Positions 16,168-25,939 of a DNA stretch of 64,000 nucleotides are shown piece after piece. Source of the stretch: a virus; the IMG/VR virus record IMGVR_UViG_3300027754_000055, positions 1 to 64,000 of that record; one strand, given 5' to 3'. The position numbers and the translations under genes were made by a program. Under the pieces are notes generated by a model. It was not told the DNA's origin, made no database searches, and was given only the letters and a program-made list of their open reading frames with translations. Position 1 is the first letter of the stretch, and each line of letters starts with the position of its first letter.

Positions 16168-17394
16168 ATGTCATTAAAACTTAGCAAATTATTATATAAA
16201 GAAAATTCTGGCGACTTCTCTGGCGCAGGTACGTTCCAAGGTGGCGCTTACGGCTTCGGCAATAGGCATCAGCTGGCAGATTCGGAGATCTGGCCGGGAT
16301 TGGTCGATCCAGAAGAAGACCTCCCTAATGAGCCTTCTATGTGGCCTGCTGTGCGTGCTCAAAAAGGATCGGATCGTGATGAAAATGATTCATTGGAATC
16401 ATCCGAAGTATATGATGATCGTCCTCACCTTTTGCCAGGACAAGACGAAGTTCGTGACCAACTGCTAGATCCAGAAAATGATATAGAACCTTCGTATTAT
16501 TATGTCACTGAGCGTGGACCATCAGATGGAAACTATAGAGATTTACAAGGGTTTCCCGCAATGAATACTTTATCTAATCCAATAGAGCATATACCAGATG
16601 ATGAAGACGAAGATAGAGATCCTGATGCGCCAGAAGAAGAAAGATATAATGTACCACAATTGCTTCCCGGTGGACGTGAAGCCGTGCGTGGAGAGCCTTT
16701 TGGTCATGGGCATTATGACAAACCAGAAGAGCTAAACATGAGCCTAAACTCAAAAGATACCAGCATGTATGATCCAATGGATGATGAAATTACAGATAAC
16801 AATCTGAAACTTACTCAAAAAAGAAATAAAACATTGAACCGCTGGAAAGAAACAACCCCCACAGACAGAGGCCAAACTAACCGTGATGTCGTGTTTAACC
16901 ATTTGGTGAATCCTGTGAATTGGATAAAAAAAGAATTCGGGCAAACAGACTATAAAAAAGAATTAGACGAAGAAGATGATGTACCAACACGTGCCGGATT
17001 TATGGGTACTGTGGCTCATCCAGTAAAACATGTCCCTGGATCAGTCGATATTTATAAAAAAGGTTCAGGCCCCGGCTACTACCGAAACGAATCAAAGGAA
17101 ATTAAAATGTCAAAATCCGATAAAGAATCAACCAAAAGAAAATTAGTGGATTATCTACCAGCAGAATTAGATAAAAAAATGCCTGAAAAACCATATGGAA
17201 CAGGCGGTTTTGCTTCTATTGTTAAGAAATTTGATCATGGCACAGAAGAACGTGATCTAAAAGAAATAGAACCACTTGAGCCAGAAGAAAATTATATCCC
17301 ATATGATAATGGCAAACCACAAAAATTTGATGTTATCATGCAAACTAAACTATTCGATAAATTAGCAAAATTAGCAAAAAAAGATAAAAAATAA
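16168..17394 (+). CDS. Acidic, Pro-rich, probably disordered protein (candidate head/core protein)
   Basis: 408 aa; MSLKLSKLLYKE; TATTTA 5 nt upstream. Confidence 0.75.
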   Translation: MSLKLSKLLYKENSGDFSGAGTFQGGAYGFGNRHQLADSEIWPGLVDPEEDLPNEPSMWPAVRAQKGSDRDENDSLESSEVYDDRPHLLPGQDEVRDQLLDPENDIEPSYYYVTERGPSDGNYRDLQGFPAMNTLSNPIEHIPDDEDEDRDPDAPEEERYNVPQLLPGGREAVRGEPFGHGHYDKPEELNMSLNSKDTSMYDPMDDEITDNNLKLTQKRNKTLNRWKETTPTDRGQTNRDVVFNHLVNPVNWIKKEFGQTDYKKELDEEDDVPTRAGFMGTVAHPVKHVPGSVDIYKKGSGPGYYRNESKEIKMSKSDKESTKRKLVDYLPAELDKKMPEKPYGTGGFASIVKKFDHGTEERDLKEIEPLEPEENYIPYDNGKPQKFDVIMQTKLFDKLAKLAKKDKK

Positions 17395-17628
17395 TTATGT
17401 CAAATATTAAATGGATATTGCTTTCAATCGTGTTAGTTGTGTCCTTTTATTTTTCTCTCGGTAAAGAAAAATGAAGAAATTAAAAGACAAAGATGACCTA
17501 ATACTTCTCTTTGCTCTTTCTCTTCATGTTTTATTAGTCATTGTATATTGTTTTATTTTACTGAAAGAACGATAGGCCATAATATTAATTCCGTCCATCG
17601 TCAATAAATTTAAAAAACAAAGAACAGT

Positions 17629-17657
17629 TTGACATCTGGGTAACTATCAGCTATAGT
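17629..17657 (+). promoter_or_regulatory. sigma70-type promoter for tRNA-Arg
   Basis: TTGACA-N17-TATAGT. Confidence 0.75.
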
Positions 17658-17680
17658 AACTCTTGTCACTGATAGTGATT

Positions 17681-17753
17681 GCGCCCATAGTCTAATGGCT
17701 AAGGCAACTGCCTTCTAAGCAGTATTATGTAGGTTCGACTCCTACTGGGCGTA
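17681..17753 (+). tRNA. tRNA-Arg (anticodon TCT)
   Basis: GCGCCCA/TGGGCGT acceptor; ACTGC-CTTCTAA-GCAGT anticodon arm; GTAGG-TTCGACT-CCTAC T-arm; no encoded CCA. Confidence 0.95.
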
Positions 17754-17793
17754 CAAAAATATCAAAATTATAGATTCGAACCTATATATTAAT

Positions 17794-18354
17794 ATGAAAA
17801 AATATATTTTCGAAGAAACCAAATTACGTGAAGCCGTAGCTTCATCAATTTCTTATATTGATGTTTTAAATAAATTCGGTTATAATAAAACTGCGAGTTC
17901 TGCAAGAAAAAGCTGTACTGAATGTATAAAAAAATTAAATTTAGATACATCTCATTTTATTTCTAGACCTATTTACACAGCCGAAATTAGAGCGATCATA
18001 TCAAATAAAAGAAAAAAATTTCTAAAAGAAAATCCTGATAAACATCCATGGAAATATCATAAGTATAATAAATCTATACCCTGTGAAAAATTAAAACAAA
18101 AACTATTAGAAGAAGGTATTTTCTTCCAAGAAGAAATTCCTAATTTAATTCCTGATAGATTTTTCTCACCAGACATAGTTTTTCCTCAATTTAATCTAAT
18201 AATAGAAGTAAATGGAAACCAACACTATGAATCAGGCACAGAGAATCTAAAACCCTATTGTCTAAAAAGAAGAGAAGAATTTATCAAACAAGGGTGGGAT
18301 GTATTAGAGATAAAATATATTTGGATCTTTAATAAAAAAAAATTACTGAGCTAA
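17794..18354 (+). CDS. Vsr/DUF559-like endonuclease (putative homing endonuclease), N-terminal part
   Basis: S-x-x-E, FSPDIVF, LIIEVNGNQHY, R..FIKQGWDVLEI. Confidence 0.8.
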   Translation: MKKYIFEETKLREAVASSISYIDVLNKFGYNKTASSARKSCTECIKKLNLDTSHFISRPIYTAEIRAIISNKRKKFLKENPDKHPWKYHKYNKSIPCEKLKQKLLEEGIFFQEEIPNLIPDRFFSPDIVFPQFNLIIEVNGNQHYESGTENLKPYCLKRREEFIKQGWDVLEIKYIWIFNKKKLLS

Positions 18355-18446
18355 TTTCCTTTCTAAAAACAAAACCTATTTGCAATAATATAAAATTTAT
18401 AAAATTAGAAAATGAAAAAAACTGTATCATTTGCAATGAAAAATTT

Positions 18447-18839
18447 ATGTTGCTATCATCAGCACATAAATACTGTAAAAAATGTAAGCCATTAAAAAGA
18501 AAAAAGAAAAAAGTATTACTGTTGAATTTAACAGAAAATAATAAAAAAATGATAAAAGAATATTTTTTTACTTGTTTAAAGTGTAATAAACCCTTTGCAA
18601 GAAAAACATTACATGATTATAAATATTGTTCTTATGATTGCTCTCATAACAGCGCAAGAAAAATCGAAAGACCAACAAAGGATCAATTAGAAAAATTAAT
18701 CTGGGAAAAACCAACGATTCAAATCGCAAAGGAATATAATGTATCAGATAAAGCTGTGGAGAAATGGTGTAAAAGTTATAATATATCCAAACCGCCACGG
18801 GGCTACTGGGCAAAAGCACGATCTATAAACAAAGAATAA
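18447..18839 (+). CDS. Zinc-finger/HTH protein, likely C-terminal part of the endonuclease
   Basis: YCKKC, CLKC..YCSYDC, IAKEYNVSDKAVEKWC, PPRGYW; this frame is open back to the A9 run at 18334-18342. Confidence 0.7.
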   Translation: MLLSSAHKYCKKCKPLKRKKKKVLLLNLTENNKKMIKEYFFTCLKCNKPFARKTLHDYKYCSYDCSHNSARKIERPTKDQLEKLIWEKPTIQIAKEYNVSDKAVEKWCKSYNISKPPRGYWAKARSINKE

Positions 18840-18861
18840 AATCAATGAGCACAAAAAATTA

Positions 18862-19248
18862 ATGATAAATCGCATATTGTTGATTTGTTTGATATTATTT
18901 TTTTCTGGATGCTTATTATTTTCTTCTGAGCCGCCATCTTATCGAACCCACATTGAAATTCACAACAGGTCTCAGAATCATATGACCACAAGTATTCGCA
19001 ATCGTCTAATATCCTTGGGATGGAGGATTTTAGAACGGCGTTCTAGAGTTGGTCATATAGTTGCTGCGACCAATGAAACAACTGCAATGCGTGATGTTCT
19101 GCTTATGGATATATCTCAAAGTGGTGAGATCAAACTATGGATTCGGAGTGAGATAATAATGGATGGCCATTGGTTTGCTCCTGATTGTGTATGTCTTGGC
19201 TACACTTATTTTCGTGAGCAAGCTTTACTGCAAGAATTAATTCACTAA
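18862..19248 (+). CDS. Putative lipoprotein
   Basis: MINRILLICLILFFSGC signal peptide with lipobox-like FSGC. Confidence 0.6.
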   Translation: MINRILLICLILFFSGCLLFSSEPPSYRTHIEIHNRSQNHMTTSIRNRLISLGWRILERRSRVGHIVAATNETTAMRDVLLMDISQSGEIKLWIRSEIIMDGHWFAPDCVCLGYTYFREQALLQELIH

Positions 19249-19410
19249 TTTATTGTCTTTACAAATTAAATGCTAACATGTAGGATGTCATCTGTGGCGG
19301 ACAAAAGATAATCTAAAGCGCAGCGACCTCGTTCTTTTGTTTTCGAAGCAAGTTAGCCCCTTGCTTGTGCCTGTATCAAGGGGAGTTTCTATCCATGAAA
19401 GGAATTATCA

Positions 19411-19980
19411 ATGATTATTAAAAATAAAAAATATCGTATATTTCTGGATATTGAGACTACTGGGCTTGATTGCAATCGACATGAAATTCTAGAGATTGCT
19501 GTTATTAAGGAACTTATTGAGGCTCCTTATAATGCTCCTGGTATTATTGTTGAAGAATGGTGTAGGAAGATTATACCAAAAAATATTGTGGAAGCAGACC
19601 CAATCGCTTTGGGAGTTAATGGTTATTTGCAACAAGTATGGGACAAGGAAGCTGTTTCTTTTGTCAGTATTGCTGATGAATTATATTCTTTATTGTCTTT
19701 TGGAAAGATCATTGGCCAGAATCCTAATTTTGATTTAGGTTTTATTGCCGCAGAATATGCAGTGCTTGGCATAAAACCTACCTTTCTAAGATATGCAATT
19801 GACACAACAACTTCTTCGTATTTGGCATGGGGCCTTGATGGTGAGCAAAATCTTTCAATGGATTCAATGCGTGATTATCACGGATTAGATAAGGTCAATG
19901 CTCATTCGGCACTAAAGGATGCATTAGATTGTAGGAAGATATTCTACGAATCATTAGCTAAATTATATGATTTATATTGA
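19411..19980 (+). CDS. DEDDh 3'-5' exonuclease
   Basis: FLDIETTG, GQNPNFD, IDT, HSALKDA. Confidence 0.9.
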   Translation: MIIKNKKYRIFLDIETTGLDCNRHEILEIAVIKELIEAPYNAPGIIVEEWCRKIIPKNIVEADPIALGVNGYLQQVWDKEAVSFVSIADELYSLLSFGKIIGQNPNFDLGFIAAEYAVLGIKPTFLRYAIDTTTSSYLAWGLDGEQNLSMDSMRDYHGLDKVNAHSALKDALDCRKIFYESLAKLYDLY

Positions 19981-20003
19981 TTTGGAAATAATGGAGATTA
20001 AAA

Positions 20004-20840
20004 ATGGAAGAAATTAAAATTATCAGTAAAGATCCTCTTGGTGATGAGGTTAAGAAATGGGAAAAGAGCGCAGAGCATTTATTGGATGCGAAATTGCCCG
20101 TAGTCATTCGTCTTGATGGAAGAGCATTTCATACTTTTACAAAAAATTTTCATCGACCATTTGACACTGTATTGCACAAAGCTTTTATAGACACGACAAA
20201 AGCTCTAATTCAAGAATCTGGCGCATGTTATGGCTATACGCAATCGGATGAGATTACTCTTGTACTACATCCAGATGTAGAAAACGGTGGTCAGCTTATT
20301 TTTGGTGGTCGTGTTCAAAAATTAGTAAGTTGTCTTGCGGCATTTGCTAGTATTACATTTAATAGCTTATTAGAAAAATCTGGTTGTGCTGTTTTCAATG
20401 GTAAAAAGCATGCTACATTTGATTGTCGTGTATTCAATGTTCCTTCTATGGGCGATGCATGTATAGCAGTATCATGGCGTGAACAGGACGCTTCAAAGAA
20501 TTCCGTTCAAGCTTATGCAAGGTCATTTTTTAGTTCAAATGAGTTACATGGAAAGAGTGATTATGAACAGCGTAACATGATCGTTGCCGCAGAAAAACAT
20601 TCTTGGGAATCTCTATCCGAGAATCAAAAATATGGCACGGCTATTCAGCGAAGGCTAGTAAAGAAGCCATTCACCACAGAAGAGTTGGAATTATTACCAG
20701 AAAAACATCAAGCTAGATTTGCTAGTTCCGGTGCTACTTTTGAACGAAATGAATTGTTTGTTCTTAAGTCTGCGACGGTAAGATATTGTAAAAATCCTAT
20801 TGATGTTGTTTTTAACGCAGAAGAACCGGAGTTGCAGTGA
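20004..20840 (+). CDS. Thg1-like tRNA(His) guanylyltransferase / 3'-5' polymerase
   Basis: IRLDGRAFHTFT, YTQSDEITL, FGGRVQKL, FDCRVF, WREQDASKNS. Confidence 0.92.
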   Translation: MEEIKIISKDPLGDEVKKWEKSAEHLLDAKLPVVIRLDGRAFHTFTKNFHRPFDTVLHKAFIDTTKALIQESGACYGYTQSDEITLVLHPDVENGGQLIFGGRVQKLVSCLAAFASITFNSLLEKSGCAVFNGKKHATFDCRVFNVPSMGDACIAVSWREQDASKNSVQAYARSFFSSNELHGKSDYEQRNMIVAAEKHSWESLSENQKYGTAIQRRLVKKPFTTEELELLPEKHQARFASSGATFERNELFVLKSATVRYCKNPIDVVFNAEEPELQ

Positions 20841-20841
20841 A

Positions 20842-21648
20842 ATGGCTAAAATTATATTTTTGCATGATCCATCTATCCTTGATGACGGAGAATTGGAAGC
20901 TGTTAAAAATCATACCTCATGGGTGATTACAGAGTCAATATTGGATATCCAGGATGGCGATTTGGTAATTGCCCGCCATACGATGTGGCCTTGGCCTAAA
21001 CGTGTTCAGCGTGATGTAAAACGTCTTGGTGGAGTCCTATTAAATGGATTGCGTGAATATGTTTATGCAGATAGCTGTCCATCATGGTCATGGGATCTAC
21101 AGGAATTAACTCCTAAAACTTATACAGATTTCTCTACTTTACCAGAAAATACATCCTTTATTCTTAAAGGTTCCAAGGCAGACAAAAGCTGCTGGAAAAA
21201 GATGTTTGCTGAAAACAAGAGGGCAGCAATTGATTTAATGATTTCCATGAATGCGGATTCACGATTTGAGGGTCAAGATATTGTGGCCAGAGAATATGTA
21301 CCGCTTGAGAGGTTATCATGGGACGGTCAATCATGCCCTATTTCAACCGAATATCGTATTTTTGTTTTGGATGGCAAGGTATTATCTACTGGATTTTATT
21401 GGGTGATGGAAGATTGTGATGCGAAACCGACTTCTGCGGATCAAATCCCAAAAGATTTCTTGGAAGAAGCTATTATGCGTATTGGTGATCAAATTAGATT
21501 TTACACACTTGATGTAGCTAAAACGGCAGATGGATCATGGATTGTTATTGAGATATCAGACGGTCAGCGTGCCGGATTATCTAACAATGATCCCACTGTG
21601 CTTTACTCTAAAATGGCAGAGATATTAGAGTCTGCTGGAAACTCGTGA
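20842..21648 (+). CDS. ATP-grasp protein (R2K-clade-like); likely start 20842
   Basis: FILKG, VAREYVPL, EYRIFVLDG, FYTLDVAKTADGSWIVIEISDGQRAG. Confidence 0.8.
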   Translation: MAKIIFLHDPSILDDGELEAVKNHTSWVITESILDIQDGDLVIARHTMWPWPKRVQRDVKRLGGVLLNGLREYVYADSCPSWSWDLQELTPKTYTDFSTLPENTSFILKGSKADKSCWKKMFAENKRAAIDLMISMNADSRFEGQDIVAREYVPLERLSWDGQSCPISTEYRIFVLDGKVLSTGFYWVMEDCDAKPTSADQIPKDFLEEAIMRIGDQIRFYTLDVAKTADGSWIVIEISDGQRAGLSNNDPTVLYSKMAEILESAGNS

Positions 21649-23592
21649 TAGTTTTTGAATTATATTATTTAATATAATTGATTCTGTTATTACAACTTTT
21701 TCTAACTCCTTAATTGTTAATTTTGCTGCATTAGAAGTGATTTTATCAGGGCTAGATGATAACAAATTTAAAATTTCCAGAGGTGTATTAAGATTGCTTG
21801 CAACACCCACTAATACATCTTTATCGCTATCGTCTGATAATTTTTTTAAAATATCTGGCGAGGCTTTTTTGTTATAGGCTACATTAATTCTGACTTCTTC
21901 TTCTGGATGTTCTGAAAGTTCTAATAATGTCTGATATGGTGTTTTGCTATTTCTTGCAACACTCAGCAGCACATCGACAATATTATCTTTAGATAGTCTT
22001 GTTAACGTATTTGGATTAATTAGTTGACTACCGGCTGCTATTTTACGCATTTTCCATTCTTTACTCAGCGCTAATTTTTCCAGTGTATCAAGTGACAAAT
22101 TTTTATTATTTCGTGCTGCTTGAAAAACCATCGAGTGTTTGTCTATTAATAATTTATCCAATGTAATACTATCCGTGTTTGAATTACCTGCAACGGCGGC
22201 ACGCACAAAAGCGTTAGAGCTATTTGATAAAACGGCCAATACATCAGTTGGTGCATTTGGATGAGCAGCCAGTGTTGTTTGCATATCATCAATTCCGTGC
22301 TTGCTTATAATAATCCTTAAAGCTTCAGTGGGCGTATTATTATTAAAAAATAATTGAGTAGAAACAATTTCTCGTGGATCTCTGGCGAGTTCAATTAGAA
22401 TTTGGGACGATGTTTTTATATTGAGGGCTACTCGTGAGCGAACATTGTATTCATCGTCTGTTGAAAGTTGTTGTAGTGTTTTTGTAGATGTATTTTCATT
22501 TGCCGCCACTCGTTCACGTACATAACTATTTTTATTAGATGCTAGCAAAGATAAAACTTCTGGTGTTATTGTTTTAACTGATAATATATTTCGTAAAAAG
22601 TCTTCAAGAAGTTCTGGCTTACGGAAGCTATCCATCTTTTGTTTTAATTTTTCAGGATTTTGCGCCAATACTTCCCATTCTTTGGAAGCAGGATGCTTGC
22701 CAGATATCTGGTTTATCCGTTCTTTCATTTTCTCTAAGAAATTTATTGCTGTCGGCGTTCCTAATAGCTTAAAAAATTTATCTTCGGTCAAACTCTCATT
22801 GGCCGCATTTACAGTTTCTGTTCCAAATCCTCGATCAAAAGCAGGCTCACCATTTATAAACCCAACAGAAAGTTTGCTCCATGGATTTTTGATTGGGTCA
22901 GAATCTGTTTTCAAAACATAAAACAGTACAGTCCTACTGCTTGGCATACCGACATAATTAAGAAATAGATTCTGCTCCCCTTCACCTTTTCTTGCCGTGC
23001 ACCAAGTTGTGCCAGCACCTAAATCACAACTGGCCTCTGTTGTATGGGGCATTGCCAATTCCCAACCGTTTTCACGATAAAAAACATCTTTCTCCTCACT
23101 AGATGCTTCTTTAGTGATTGTTGTCTTTTTACTATCAATATCATAATGTAAATCAGACAATGATTTATATTCTTCTAAAGGCTTCAGCATGGAGGTATTT
23201 TTAATATATAATTTTAGTAACGGTAGATAGTCTTCTTGAATGGATCTCCATGATAGATTTGGTATTTCTTTAATCCGTGTAAGAAACCATTGTATTATAT
23301 GTTTTCCGCTGGTTGCTTTTATCCTAAATTCTTCAAGCATTTCGGCAGATAATACGCTAAATTTCAATTCGGAAAAAGAATACTGTGTCGAATCTAATAT
23401 CGTGAAATATGATTTATATTTTTCAAATTTTTTAAATATAGGCTCAGCTTCCTCTTTGGAAACTGGTGTTGGCTCTTTTTTCGCCTTGTTACGCAACCAC
23501 ACATCAACAGGGGCCTCTGTTAAAAATATTCTAGTTTTAATTATATCTTTAATAGATTTTTTTAATTGTTCCTGTATATTCGATTTTGTCAT
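21625..23592 (-). CDS. Tagged protein with PcfJ-like domain and leucine-rich-variant (HEAT-like) repeats
   Basis: PHTTEASCDLGAGTTWCTA; about 11 repeats of ~24 aa, consensus L..LS.D....VR..VA.N.NT; tags at both ends. Confidence 0.75.
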   Translation of the reverse strand: MTKSNIQEQLKKSIKDIIKTRIFLTEAPVDVWLRNKAKKEPTPVSKEEAEPIFKKFEKYKSYFTILDSTQYSFSELKFSVLSAEMLEEFRIKATSGKHIIQWFLTRIKEIPNLSWRSIQEDYLPLLKLYIKNTSMLKPLEEYKSLSDLHYDIDSKKTTITKEASSEEKDVFYRENGWELAMPHTTEASCDLGAGTTWCTARKGEGEQNLFLNYVGMPSSRTVLFYVLKTDSDPIKNPWSKLSVGFINGEPAFDRGFGTETVNAANESLTEDKFFKLLGTPTAINFLEKMKERINQISGKHPASKEWEVLAQNPEKLKQKMDSFRKPELLEDFLRNILSVKTITPEVLSLLASNKNSYVRERVAANENTSTKTLQQLSTDDEYNVRSRVALNIKTSSQILIELARDPREIVSTQLFFNNNTPTEALRIIISKHGIDDMQTTLAAHPNAPTDVLAVLSNSSNAFVRAAVAGNSNTDSITLDKLLIDKHSMVFQAARNNKNLSLDTLEKLALSKEWKMRKIAAGSQLINPNTLTRLSKDNIVDVLLSVARNSKTPYQTLLELSEHPEEEVRINVAYNKKASPDILKKLSDDSDKDVLVGVASNLNTPLEILNLLSSSPDKITSNAAKLTIKELEKVVITESIILNNIIQKLSRVSSRL

Positions 23593-23822
23593 AAAATTAA
23601 ATATTTGCTAAAATCGCTTTACACAGGAGATACGTCATAACTTTCATGGTATTTTTTTGGCAGTGAATTGTGAAAGCACACGAGGTGCTTCAGAACCGCC
23701 CCAGATATGCCAGGGAAGCTGGCTATACGAAAGATTGATTAGTTATGAGGAAGAGCTAGAAGAGGCCGCTAATGAGCTTTATAGGAGCTTGTTGAAGAAG
23801 CTATCCAGTAGAGCGAGCGATA

Positions 23823-25046
23823 TTATCTACTATCAATCCCTAGCAACATCTCTCTAATTACGGATTTTATTATACCTTTTACGTTTTCTTGTAGGTTTAT
23901 TTGATTTATAAACTGAGAGTCACGAATGTATTTTATATCTGGATTTGCATCTAATATCTTTTCTTTATTGTAGTATCCGAAGACCAATTTAGTTTTTTCC
24001 ACAATGTTTTTTGGCTGCGGCTTAAACATTTTGAAATTGATTTTATCTACATCTTCTTTTGATATCATCTCATAGCTGTTTGTATAATATGTCTTATTAT
24101 CACTTGTTACGAGCACATAATATTCGTCGTAATCGCTTTCAGTAGGGATTTTTTTTAGTGATTTTAATTTGTTTCCCAAGGCATATTTGAGTTTTAGGAA
24201 TTTTGATTTTTCTCTATCATAATCAAGTTCTGCGCCCAATGTTTTTACTAAATCAATTACATAATCCGCATATTCATTTTTTACTGCGGTGCTTGCTTGA
24301 CCTTCTACACCAGATATTCTTTTTTCATTTGGTGAATATGTAGCAACCACATGTGGAATATTTTGTTCATCGAATAATGTTAGCATGGTACGATCTTTAT
24401 CCATGCTCATTATGCCTGTGCTGCCACAATTTTTCATCATTCCACCCACCAAGTCACATTTGGCACCTGCGTCAACCCAGCGCCATCCATTTGGATATTT
24501 TTTTATTGGTGTTTTATCGCTAAAAATTGATTTCTTTTCATATTTTTCGTTTGCTTCTTGAAATGTTAAATTTGCATATGGATGAAGGTCAATGATTTTA
24601 CCTGAGTCGATACCGATGATTAGGTTTCTACTGAAAAATACTTTTTTGAAAAAATCTCTACTTATTTCTTCTCTTAGATCTTGTAATTTTTCTGATTTAT
24701 TAAACTCTTGAGTATCATCTACTTCAAGTTCAAGTTGTTTTTTTATTTTATTATATTCTTCGAATGATATTTTAGCAGCATCATAAAGCATGATTAAATC
24801 AGTTAAGCCAAGTTGTTTTAATGAGTATTCTGTGTTTGCTCTTCTCCACCATGTTTTATTATCCATGGCCTCATAATCGGCTGTAAAATAATCTTTATAC
24901 CATTTTGATACCACGAAAGCATTTTTTCCATATTTTTCATATAGTATGGAAGCAATAACTTCTGGGAATCCTAGATTTACAATTGATTGTTTTGATTCAA
25001 TGAGGAGGGAATTTAGTTTTTTTACCGCAAGATTGATATTGTTCAT
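23823..25046 (-). CDS. Tagged protein with PcfJ-like domain
   Basis: YPNGWRWVD...VGGMMKNCG...LTLFDEQNIPHV; N-terminal KLNSLLIES and C-terminal LQENVKGIIKSVIREML. Confidence 0.65.
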   Translation of the reverse strand: MNNINLAVKKLNSLLIESKQSIVNLGFPEVIASILYEKYGKNAFVVSKWYKDYFTADYEAMDNKTWWRRANTEYSLKQLGLTDLIMLYDAAKISFEEYNKIKKQLELEVDDTQEFNKSEKLQDLREEISRDFFKKVFFSRNLIIGIDSGKIIDLHPYANLTFQEANEKYEKKSIFSDKTPIKKYPNGWRWVDAGAKCDLVGGMMKNCGSTGIMSMDKDRTMLTLFDEQNIPHVVATYSPNEKRISGVEGQASTAVKNEYADYVIDLVKTLGAELDYDREKSKFLKLKYALGNKLKSLKKIPTESDYDEYYVLVTSDNKTYYTNSYEMISKEDVDKINFKMFKPQPKNIVEKTKLVFGYYNKEKILDANPDIKYIRDSQFINQINLQENVKGIIKSVIREMLLGIDSR

Positions 25047-25112
25047 ATCAATTAATTATGGTAATTTTTTATATCATGAACAGAAAAATTAGGTAGATGG
25101 ATGGAATGATGA

Positions 25113-25511
25113 TCAGTGGTAAGTGATTTTGGAGAATCCAGAAGGAGCAAGGCTATTAACCTCTTCTACCGACTCTCGTTTTTCTTCTTCAAGCATTTGC
25201 TTACATACACGACGAAATCCACTAGGTAGTTTGTTTTTTGGATTGGCCGCTGCTTCTAGTACACGTTCTCGGAGTGTGTGTGCAGTATCATTCGCTAGCA
25301 TTGAAACAGAAATAGTATCATTTTTACTTGCACGTCCACAAGCAATCTTACGAGCAGATCTGCGGGAAAAGACATCAATATTATTCCGAGAGCAATAACT
25401 CCAGCCGATCGTAAGCTGCTTACCGTTTGTTGTTTCATTTTGTACCGTTGCAATGCATCCTACAGGACGTTCTGATTTAACTGATCGAATGTACATAATT
25501 TTAATTGTCAT
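25113..25511 (-). CDS. Hypothetical early protein (likely start 25511)
   Basis: IGWSYCSRNNIDVFSRRSARKIACGRA; TTGACT-N17-TACTGT promoter at 25568-25540 and AAGGA RBS. Confidence 0.7.
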   Translation of the reverse strand: MTIKIMYIRSVKSERPVGCIATVQNETTNGKQLTIGWSYCSRNNIDVFSRRSARKIACGRASKNDTISVSMLANDTAHTLRERVLEAAANPKNKLPSGFRRVCKQMLEEEKRESVEEVNSLAPSGFSKITYH

Positions 25512-25630
25512 AATGTATTCCTTTGGTTTGTGATGACTAACAGTAAAAGTTAATATAATAAAAGTCAAGACATTCTTATTGTTAAAGGCTATCGTGGAAG
25601 ATAACCAATAGAAGAGGGCAAAAGACTAAT

Positions 25631-25939
25631 ATGAAAAGAATTAATTTAAAATCTGGTAAACTTTATTGGTGCAGTCGTCATCAAAGCTATCGTATGACAG
25701 ATAAGTTAGAAGTCTGGAAATATGCAATGGATAATGATTTGGAAAAAAACAGCATTATTGATATTGTATATACGAACGATCAAAATATTTTTTGTTTTAT
25801 TGAGACCATTCAGCACGATTTAGATGACAGCCTGTGGTGGCATAAAATAATAACTTCCAGAGGTAATGTTGGATATTTTCTTTTGGGTGATGAAGAATTT
25901 TACTATTTAGGCTTGAACTTTGTTTTGGCCAATCACTGA
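25631..25939 (+). CDS. SH3-like paralogue family member
   Basis: LKSGKLYW...HKIITSRGNVGYF. Confidence 0.7.
   Translation: MKRINLKSGKLYWCSRHQSYRMTDKLEVWKYAMDNDLEKNSIIDIVYTNDQNIFCFIETIQHDLDDSLWWHKIITSRGNVGYFLLGDEEFYYLGLNFVLANH

Noticed and set aside
15966-16187. Minus-strand 73-aa ORF in the track
   Set aside because: Antisense shadow of the kinase C-lobe fragment on the plus strand.
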